Shown here piece after piece: positions 12,001-21,231 of a stretch of DNA of 64,000 bases. The stretch lies in the NCBI GenBank assembly GCA_002269645.1, contig NIVC01001722.1:160072-224071 (forward strand). The letters run 5' to 3'. This DNA is from Macrostomum lignano (taxonomy: Eukaryota). A program made the translations under genes and the position numbers. Positions within the stretch are counted from its first letter, which is position 1, and every line of letters begins with the position of its first letter. The notes beneath the pieces are model-generated. The model saw nothing but the letters and a program-made list of their open reading frames with translations, was not told the DNA's origin and ran no database searches.

Positions 12001-15000
12001 CACTGAATGACTTGCCCACTCACTGAATGACCTGTCCACTCACTGAATGACCTGTCCAATCACTGAATGACTTGCCCACTCACTGAATGACTTGCCCACT
12101 CACTGAATGACTTGTCCACTCACTGAATGACTTGCCCACTTACTGAATGACTTGTCCACTCACTGAATGACTTGTCCACTCACTGAATGACTTGTCCACT
12201 CACTGAATGACTTGCCCACTCACTGAATGACTTGCCCACTCACTGAATGACTTGCCCACTCACTGAATGACTTGCCCACTCACTGAATGACTTGCCCACT
12301 CACTGAATGACCTGTCCACTCACTGAATGACCTGTCCAATCACTGAATGACCTGTCCAATCACTGAATGACCTGTCCACCACTGAATGACCTGTCCACTC
12401 ACTGAATGACCTGTCCACTCACTGAATGACTTTATCACACCCTGAATGACTTGCCCACTCACTGAATGACTTGCCCACTCACTGAATGACTTGTCCACTC
12501 ACTGAATGACTTGCCCACTCACTGAATGACTTGTCCACTCACTGAATGACTTGCCCACTCACTGAATGACTTGTCCACTCACTGAATGACTTGCCCACTC
12601 ACTGAATGACTTGCCCACTCACTGAATGACTTGCCCACTCACTGAATGACTTGCCCACTCACTGAATGACTTGCCCACTCACTGAATGACTTGCCCACTC
12701 ACTGAATGACTTGCCCACTCACTGAATGACTTGTCCACTCACTGAATGACTTGCCCACTCACTGAATGACTTGTCCACTCACTGAATGACTTGCCCACTC
12801 ACTGAATGACTTGTCCACTCACTGAATGACTTGCCCACTCACTAAATGACTTGCCCACTCACTGAATGACTTGCCCACTCACTGAATGACTTGCCCACTC
12901 ACTGAATGACTTGTCCACTCACTGAATGACTTGCCCACTCACTGAATGACTTGTCCACTCACTGAATGACTTGCCCACTCACTGAATGACTTGTCCACTC
13001 ACTGAATGACTTGCCCACTCACTGAATGACTTGCCCACTCACTGAATGACTTGTCCACTCACTGAATGACTTGCCCACTCACTGAATGACTTGTCCACTC
13101 ACTGAATGACTTGCCCACTCACTGAATGACTTGCCCACTCACTGAATGACTTGCCCACTCACTGAATGACTTGCCCACTCACTGAATGATGACTGAACCT
13201 AATCCTTGATGTACTACTGTTAATAAAGATCCTGTGATGTGTGTCGAGATTAAGATGGCAAGCGGTGCAAAGTTATGTATTTGACGGTAGAATCAGGAAT
13301 CTTGAGCGCATAGCTCTAGGCGGGGTCTTGAGAGGTTGAAGGGCTGAAACCGAGAGGGGAGCTCTGCGAAAGAAAGAGTATACTGCCATAGACTTACTAA
13401 ACAATAACAAAACGAAAGTTGAGCGAAGCTTAAGTCACATAATACACAACATAGACAGAAAAACAAAAATGCACTGAAGCAATAGGCTGAGCTCTAATGC
13501 ACATCCTGCATTACCTTTCAACAAACCTGCAGCACTCCCTCACATCCAGGCACCTGTGCTCGAAGAAGGCGCTGCTCATCTGCGAGAAAAAAATGGACAA
13601 AATGCCAAGAGGCTGGCTTGATGCACATGCCTGGAGCCTACTTGGCTCGTATAGCGCATGTAGCTGTGAACAGCGAACTTACGGTTTGGTACAGGCTGAT
13701 TAATTTTTTAACCTCACTGCGCTTGTTTGCCAGGTCTACCGGTGTCTTGCCGTCCTGAATAGATTGGAAACCGAGTGCTTATCTGTATGGCATTACGGGT
13801 ACTGTACTGTACACACTCGGAGCACACTGTACTGTACACACACACGGAGCACACTGCTGTACACACACTCGGAGCACACTGTACTGTACACACACACGGA
13901 GCACACTGCTGTACACACACACGGAGCACACTGTACTGTACACACTCGGAGCACACTGTACTGTACACACACTCGGAGCACACTGCTGTACACACACTAG
14001 GAGCACACTGCTGTACACACACTCGGAGCACACTGTTGTACACACACTAGGAGCACACTGCTGTACACACACTCGGAGCACACTGCTGTACACACACTAG
14101 GAGCACACTGCTGTACACACACTAGGAGCACACTGCTGTACACACACTAGGAGCACACTGCTGTACACACACTAGGAGCACACTGCTGTACACACACTCG
14201 GAGCACACTGCTGTACACACACTCGGAGCACACTCCTGTACACACACTCGGAGCACACTGCTGTACACACACTCGGAGCACACTGCTGTACACACACTAG
14301 GAGCACACTGCTGTACACACACTCGGAGCACACTGCTGTACACACACTCGGAGCACACTGCTGTACACACTCACGGAGCACACTGTACTGTACACACACT
14401 CGGAGCACACCATACTGTACACACACTCGGAGCACACTGTACTGTACACACACTCGGAGCACACTGTACTGTACACACACTAGGAGCACACTGTACTGTA
14501 CACACACTAGGAGCACACTGTACTGTACACACACTCGGAGCACACTGTACTGTACACACACTAGGAGCACACTGTACTGTACACACACTAGGAGCACACT
14601 GCTGTACACACACTCGGAGCACACTGCTGTACACACACTAGGAGCACACTGCTGTACACACACTAGGAGCACACTGCTGTACACACACTAGGAGCACACT
14701 GCTGTACACACACTAGGAGCACACTGCTGTACACACACTCGGAGCACACTGCTGTACACACACTCGGAGCACACTCCTGTACACACACTCGGAGCACACT
14801 GCTGTACACACACTCGGAGCACACTGCTGTACACACACTAGGAGCACACTGCTGTACACACACTCGGAGCACACTGCTGTACACACACTCGGAGCACACT
14901 GCTGTACACACTCACGGAGCACACTGTACTGTACACACACTCGGAGCACACCATACTGTACACACACTCGGAGCACACTGTACTGTACACACACTCGGAG

Positions 15001-17625
15001 CACACTGTACTGTACACACACTAGGAGCACACTGTACTGTACACACACTAGGAGCACACTGTACTGTACACACACTCGGAGCACACTGTACTGTACACAC
15101 ACTAGGAGCACACTGTACTGTACACACACTCGGAGCACACTGTACTGTACACACACTCGGAGCACACTGTACTGTACACACACTCGGAGCACACTGTACT
15201 GTACACACACTAGGAGCACACTGTACTGTACACACACTCGGAGCACACTGTACTGTACACGCACTCGGAGCACACTGTACTGTACACACACTCGGAGCAC
15301 ACCATACTGTACACGCACTCGGAGCACACTGTACTGTACACACACACAACTACTACTAAGCTACTAATTTATCACGAATTTGTACTTTAACAGTTGCACT
15401 CACCCTGTTTCTGACCATCCAGTCGAGCCGATCAATCAGGCACAGCTGGGCTACACAGGCCGGGCCGGCCGCTGCGGCCAGGTGGCACGGCGTGTTACCA
15501 TGGCGATCGGCCACCTCGGACTGGCGCGGGATCCGCCTGGCCAGCTGGCGCACCAGGAACGGATTGCCAACCAGACAGGCCAGGTGCAGCGGCGTCTCCC
15601 CGTCCTGAGGAGTCATTTAGAGTGAAGAGTAAAACACTTTACTGTCTATGAACAGGTTTCTTAGAAAGTTTTGGAGGCTTATATGGACAGAGCACCATAG
15701 ACAACAAAAACCATTCTTGCTGAAACCCCTTGAAGAGGTACTGGCGCCTCCTCTGAAGCTGGCACTCCTCTGTTGCTGGCGCCCCCTCTGTAGCTGGTGC
15801 CCCCCCTGTAGCTGGTGCCCCATTGTAGCTGGTGCCCCCCTGTAACTGGTGGCCCCCTGTAGCTGGTGGCCCCCTGTAGCTGGCGCCCCCTCTGTAGCTG
15901 GCGCAACTTTCTGTTAGCTGGCGCCCTTTTCTGTAGCTGGTGCCAACCTCTGTATCTGGCGCCCCTCTGTAGCTGGCGCCCCCCCCCCCTTGGAGTAGCT
16001 GGTGCCCCCTGTAGCTGGTGTCCCATTGTAGCTGGTGGCCCTCTGTAGCTGGTGCCCCCCTGTAGCTGGTGCCCCCCCTGTAACTGGTGGCCCCCTGTAG
16101 CTGGTGGCCCCCTGTAGCTGGCGCCCCCTCTGTAGCTGGCGCAACTTTCTGTTAGCTGGCGCCCTTTTCTGTAGCTGGTGCCAACCTCTGTATCTGGCGC
16201 CCCTCTGTAGCTGGCGCCCCCCCCCCCCCCTTGGAGTAGCTGGTGCCCCCCTGTAGCTGGTGTCCCATTGTAGCTGGTGGCCCTCTGTAGCTGGTGCCCC
16301 CCTGTAGCTGGTGCCCCCCCTGTAACTGGTGGCCCCCTGTAGCTGGTGGCCCCCTGTAGCTGGTGCCCCCCCTGTAGCTGGTGCCCCCCTGTAGCTGGTG
16401 CCCCCCCCTGTAGCTGGTGCCCCTTCTGAAGTTGCAACTCACAGCGGTGAGCGGCGCGGGCTCGCCGGGTCGGCAGTAATCAAGCAGGAGGCTCATCGTT
16501 GTCGGGCTGTCGATAGCAGCGGCCAGGTGCAGCAGGGTGCAGCAGTTGACGGCTGAGCGATTTGGAAGCTGGAATGGACCATATAGCTGAGTTCGTAGAT
16601 AGCTGGGATGTCTGCAGTGTCTGTGAGTGAGGCACAGTGTCTGTGAGTGAAGCACAGTCTGTGAGGGGGGCGCAGTGTCTATGGGAATGAGGTGCAGTGT
16701 CTATGAGAGGGGCGGAGTATCTATGGGAATGAGGCACAGTGTATGTTGAGGGGGAGCGCAGTGTCTATGGGAATGAGGTGCAGTGTCTGTGAGGAGGCGC
16801 AGTATCTATGGGAATGAGGTGCAGTGTCTGAGTGAGTGAGGTGCAGTGTCTATGGGAATGAGGTGCAGTGTCTGTGAGGGGGGCGCAGTGTCTAATGGGA
16901 ATGAGGTGCAGTGTCTGTGAGAGGGGCGCAGTGTCTATGGGAATGAGGTGCAGTGTCTGTGAGGAGGCGCAGTGTCTAATGGGAATGAGGTGCAGTGTCT
17001 GTGAGAGGGGCGCAGTGTCTATGGGAATGAGGTGCAGTGTCTGTGAGAAGGGCGCAGTGTCTAATGGGAATGAGGTGCAGTGTCTGTGAGAAGGGCGCAG
17101 TGTCTAATGGGAATGAGGTGCAGTGTCTGTGAGAAGGGCGCAGTGTCTAATGGGAATGAGGTGCAGTGTCTGTGAGAAGGGCGCAGTGTCTAATGGGAAT
17201 GAGGTGCAGTGTCTGTGAGAAGGGCGCAGTGTCTAATGGGAATGAGGTGCAGTGTCTGTGAGAGGGGCGCAGTGTCTGTGAGGAGGCGCAGTGTCTGTGA
17301 GAGGGGCGCAGTGTCTGTGAGGAGGCGCAGTGTCTATGGGAGTAAAGTTAAAGTCTTTCCACCGTTGACAAAGCGGAGCCTGGAGCGAGGCGCTCACCTG
17401 AATCCGGTCGGACTTGTACATGAAGGACATCTCCAGCATGCCGGCAGCCACCGCGGTCTGCAGTCTGCCTGGGGTCAGCTCATCAGCTTCAATCTCGCTA
17501 ACTACGGCCTGCAGATCCCCGGCGGGCAGATTATTCCCATACTCCTCCAGATCCCGCAGCTTCAGACTGGAGTCGCTGCAGTTGAGCTCGGACATGACTA
17601 AACTCACCGTGTGCTCGTCGGACAT
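1..17625 (-). CDS. TRPM: TRPM-family cation channel with N-terminal ankyrin repeats; 3' end lies beyond the left edge
   Basis: Exons (minus): 17625-17398, 16568-16443, 15604-15404, 13754-13683, 13579-13515, 11078-10910, 9891-9720, 8919-8753, 8625-8399, 8005-7534, 6373-6221, 5168-4500, ~3187-3020 (acceptor could be 3184), 2565-2122, 883-688, 105-<1. All introns are GT..AG and phases are mutually consistent (about 1210 codons). TRPM motifs: RECCRFVE..LCHCG, WSAETH..TNAFG, IVTVLGG, LDPNHNFFLMVDD, LEPLMLQALRDNQTEFAELMVEQG, FIAHPSCQNLLDMMWRG, YATPMVRF, LGPKVVMIQTM, pore YFESFGE, S6 PVLLGFYIVFTNVLL. Ankyrin motifs: TLLHLAA, GETPLHLA, GNTPCHLA, GKTPVDLA. Confidence 0.9.
190..500. repeat. Intronic 21-bp minisatellite (CATGAGACCATACTGTCAGGG)n
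   Basis: About 14 tandem copies read directly. Confidence 0.95.
958..2100. repeat. Intronic 23-bp minisatellite (GATCTGGATGATGACTCACTAAT)n, interrupted by a SINE
   Basis: Tandem copies on both sides of 1520-1881. Confidence 0.95.
1520..1881 (-). mobile_element. tRNA-derived SINE, about 360 bp, inserted in an intronic minisatellite
   Basis: Minus-strand head GGGGGCCGTAGCCCAGCGGTAGCGC...GGCTCGATTCC has pol III A and B boxes; 3' end AATAAAAAAA; flanked by TAATGATCTAGATT at 1508-1521 and 1883-1896. Confidence 0.8.
2608..2950. repeat. Intronic 30-bp minisatellite (GCTGATTGGCTCTTCTCTCCCCAACTCGAT)n
   Basis: About 11 copies; explains the ISIELGREEP repeat in ORF 2074-2982. Confidence 0.95.
3270..4435. 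repeat. Intronic 20-bp minisatellite (ACCTGATTCTCCCGATGTCT)n
   Basis: About 58 copies. Confidence 0.95.
5171..6175. repeat. Intronic G-rich array of GGGTGG(G/C/A)TT and GTGGATT units
   Basis: Fills intron 5169-6220. Confidence 0.95.
6405..7525. repeat. Two abutting related 23-bp arrays (CCGCCCCCGATCCTAATTCTCAT, then CCACCCCTAGTTAGTATCTTTAT)
   Basis: Unit type switches near 6940. Confidence 0.95.
8975..9690. repeat. Intronic 42-bp minisatellite
   Basis: GGGAGACTGTGTCCGCTTGGTCCTTCAATCATGTAAGCTACA, about 17 copies. Confidence 0.95.
9960..10890. repeat. Intronic (CTGCACA/CTGCACACA)n simple repeat
   Basis: Fills intron 9892-10909. Confidence 0.95.
11120..13190. repeat. Intronic 20-bp minisatellite (CACTGAATGACTTGCCCACT)n
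   Basis: About 100 copies. Confidence 0.95.
13800..15345. repeat. Intronic 25/27-bp minisatellite (GGAGCACACTG(C/TA)TGTACACACACT(A/C))n
   Basis: Fills intron 13755-15403. Confidence 0.95.
15770..16425. repeat. Intronic ~16-19-bp array (CCCCTGTAGCTGGTGC)n
   Basis: Includes a 238-bp higher-order duplication. Confidence 0.9.
16610..17340. repeat. Intronic dimeric array based on GCAGTGTCT (GCAGTGTCTATGGGAATGAGGT / GCAGTGTCTGTGAGAGGGGC)
   Basis: Fills intron 16569-17397. Confidence 0.9.
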
Positions 17626-18254
17626 GCCTGCTTGCGGTTGGAGCGGATGACAGAGTGTGCACTACTAGCTGCTGTTTCTGGGAGAGCAGCTCAGTGCAGA
17701 CGTGGCCGGCAGTCAGCCGTATATGGAAGCCCGTGGGAGACCTGATGGGAGGAAAGGGGGCTGCTCCTAGCGATTCTGAACAATGCTTGGCCCGGGAGAC
17801 TCACTTAGAGAATAGAAGCTGCCCCGAGAGGCTGTCACCCCACTGAGCATTTCAGCTCAGCTCAAAAATTAAGTTTACGCTTTGTTGTCTTACGGTTGCT
17901 TGGGACAATTCTCCCACCCCCGTCCCATGGCACTTGAATACTTCTGGTTGAGAATTTCGTTTTGAGTCCGCATTGATCGGCTAATAGTGACGCCTTCTCA
18001 GCAAGCAGCTACTGCTCAAGCATCTCAAATAGCTACTCAAACAGCAGCTCTTGCATGAAAGCATGGAGAGCTACGTGTGTTAGACTTCCGAAACAATGGG
18101 TATTGGGCCTCTCCGGAAAGTTTTGTACTTTTTGTAGTATGAAATTTTGTTATACTGCGGCATATGTATTCCATATATAAAGTGATAAAATTATGATTTT
18201 TTTGAGCAGCAACATTTGTTAAATTTTTGCTTTGTTAGTTTGCAGCAGGCCACT

Positions 18255-19965
18255 ATACTTCGGTTGCTCACTCAACAACTCGGATTGGACACTCAGCAAC
18301 TCTGGTTGCTCACTCAGCAACTCTGATTGGACACTCAGCAACTCGGATTGGACACTCAGCAACTCTGGTTGCTCACTCAGCAACTCTGATTGGACACTCA
18401 GCAACTCGGATTGGACACTCAGCAACTCTGGTTGCTCACTCAACAACTCGGATTGGACACTCAGCAACTCTGATTGGACACTCAGCAACTCTGATTGGAC
18501 ACTCAGCAACTCTGGTTGCTCACTCAGCAACTCTGATTGGACACTCAGCAACTCGGATTGGACACTCAGCAACTCTGGTTGCTCACTCAGCAACTCTGAT
18601 TGGACACTCAGCAACTCGGATTGGACACTCAGCAACTCTGGTTGCTCACTCAGCAACTCTGATTGGACACTCAGCAACTCTGGTTGCTCACTCAGCAACT
18701 CTGATTGGACACTCAGCAACTCGGATTGGACACTCAGCAACTCTGGTTGCTCACTCAGCAACTCTGATTGGACACTCAGCAACTCGGATTGGACACTCAG
18801 CAACTCGGGTTGCTCACTCAGCAACTCTGGTTGCTCACTCAGCAACTCTGATTGGACACTCAGCAACTCGGATTGGACACTCAGCAACTCTGGTTGCTCA
18901 CTCAGCAACTCTGATTGGACACTCAGCAACTCGGATTGGACACTCAGCAACTCTGGTTGCTCACTCAGCAACTCTGATTGGACACTCAGCAACTCTGATT
19001 GGACACTCAGCAATTCTTGTTGTACACTCAGCAACTCGGATTGGACACTCAGCAACTCTGGTTGCTCACTCAGCAACTCTGATTGGACACTCAGCAACTC
19101 TGGTTGCTCACTCAGCAACTCTGGTTGCTCACTCAGCAACTCGGATTGGACACTCAGCAACTCAGATCGGACACTCAGCAACTCGGATCGGACACTCAGC
19201 AACTCGGATTGGGCACTCAGCAACTCTGGTTGCTCACTCAACAACTCGGATTGGACACTCAGCAATTCTTGTTGTACACTCAGCAACTCGGATTGGACAC
19301 TCAGCAACTCGGATCGGACACTCAGCAACTCGGATTGGGCACTCAGCAACTCGGATTGCTCACTCAGCAACTCGGATTGCTCACTCAGCAACTCGGATTG
19401 GACACTCAGCAACTCGGGTTGCTCACTCAGCAACTCTGGTTGCTCACTCAGCAACTCGGATTGGACACTCAGCAACTCAGATCGGACACTCAGCAACTCG
19501 GATCGGACACTCAGCAACTCGGATTGGGCACTCAGCAACTCTGGTTGTACACTCAGCAACTCGGATTGGACACTCAGCAACTCTGGTTGCTCACTCAGCA
19601 ACTCTGGTTGCTCACTCAGCAACTCGGATTGGACACTCAGCAACTCAGATCGGACACTCAGCAACTCGGATCGGACACTCAGCAACTCGGATTGGGCACT
19701 CAGCAACTCGGATTGCTCACTCAGCAACTCTGATTGGACACTCAGCAATTCTTGTTGTACACTCAGCAACTCGGATTGGGCACTCAGCAACTCGGATTGC
19801 TCACTCAGCAACTCTGATTGGACACTCAGCAACTCGGGTTGCTCACTCAGCAACTCTGATTGGACACTCAGCAACTCGGATTGCTCACTCAGCAACTCTG
19901 ATTGGACACTCAGCAACTCGGGTTGCTCACTCAGCAACTCATGTTGTACACTCAGCAACTCATGT
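18255..19965. repeat. Intergenic 21-bp minisatellite (CTCAGCAACTCGGATTGGACA)n
   Basis: About 80 copies; source of the 578/579-aa spurious ORFs. Confidence 0.95.
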
Positions 19966-20504
19966 TAAGCAACATGAACTACACAATGACTGACTGGTTG
20001 GTATCTGATAAGAAAAAATGACACGAACTGAATCCACCGCAGCATTCCCCAAGTCTCAAGTCTAAAGTCAATGTCACAGTCACTGTTGCACGCAAACAGC
20101 CGGCAGTTATGTATATTTATGGAAACAATCTGTAACGGTAATAGCTTCAAATTTTAGACTAAAATACTCCAAATATTACTCATGATTTAGATACTACTAC
20201 TGTCGCAGAGAAAGGATAAATCGAGACGATGAGTCAGCACCAAGTTCAATAGCAATTATGTAAGGCACTGTTAAATTATTATAGTGTAGCGACTGCTCCA
20301 TTAGTCCCTCAGTTAAAGAAGTCATAAAGGTAAAGAATACTTCGTATGGTATTCGGAAATATCCGATGCAAAGAATTCAATTCAAGTTGAGGACAGAGAA
20401 ATGACTGCAGCTTGATCAGAAAAGATGACGAAGGAACAAGTAATTTTGTGTCCAACAACAGGTACTAATATTTGAAACAGTACCGGGGCGAGAGGGCGAG
20501 GAAG

Positions 20505-21058
20505 GGAAAGGAGAGAGGAGAGAGGAGGGGAAGGGGAGGGGAGAGGGAGAGGGGAGAGGGAGAGACGAGTGGGGGAGAGAGGAGAGAGGAGGGGAAGGGG
20601 AGGGGAGAGGGAGAGGGAGGGGGGAGAGGGAGAGAGGAGTGAGGCCTGTGAGGGGTGAGGGGGAGAGGAGGGAGGGGAGAGGGGGAGAGGAGTGGGGGAG
20701 AGGGGAGAGAAATGAGGGGAGAGGGGGAGAGGAGGGAGGGGAGAAGGGCAGAGGGAGGGGAGAAGGGCAGAGGGAGGGGAGAGGGGGAGAGAAGGGAGGG
20801 GAGAGGGGAAGAGGAAAGAGGGGAGAGGGGAGAGGAGGGAGGGGAGAGGGGGGGAGGAAAGAGGGGAGAGGGGGAGAGGAGGGAGGGGAGAGGGGAGAGG
20901 AGAGAGGGGAGAGGGGAGAGGAGGGAGAGGAGAGGGGAGAGGGGGAGGAGAGGGAGAGGGGGAGGAGGAGGGGGAGGAGGAGTAGGGGGAGAGGAGGAGG
21001 GGGAGGAAGATGGGGGAGGGGAGGGGGGAGGGAGATGGGGGAAGGAGGGAGAGGGGGC
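20505..21058. repeat. Polypurine (G/A) low-complexity tract
   Basis: Almost purely G and A on the plus strand, 3' of SDR42E1. Confidence 0.9.
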
Positions 21059-21231
21059 TCGACTTACTTGACTTAGCTGCAGGGCTGTCCCAGAGGGGAC
21101 ACAGCAGGAAGGCGCGGACGCCAGCGCAGGAGAGGGGGAGAGGAGGGCAGAGGGGGCGAAGACAAGGCAGGAGGCGGAGAGGTGCCAGCATAATGACGCA
21201 CAGAGCTGATGGAGGCACAGTTCGCTGTCCC

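Noticed and set aside
11120-13190. CRISPR-like regular repeats (also 958-2100, 8975-9690, 24061-24852)
   Set aside because: Units are directly abutting with no unique spacers, there are no cas genes, and the context is eukaryotic intron DNA.
13713-13718. Alternative donors for the last ankyrin exon (GAG|GTTAAA or A|GTGAGG)
   Set aside because: The downstream ACC|GTAAGT donor at 13683 is a perfect consensus, keeps phase 0 and completes the ankyrin helix; the GTGAGG donor would frameshift the TRPM.
18219-19968. 579/578-aa ORFs (LSVQSEL repeats)
   Set aside because: Open on both strands only because the 21-bp unit lacks stops; no unique coding sequence or splice context.
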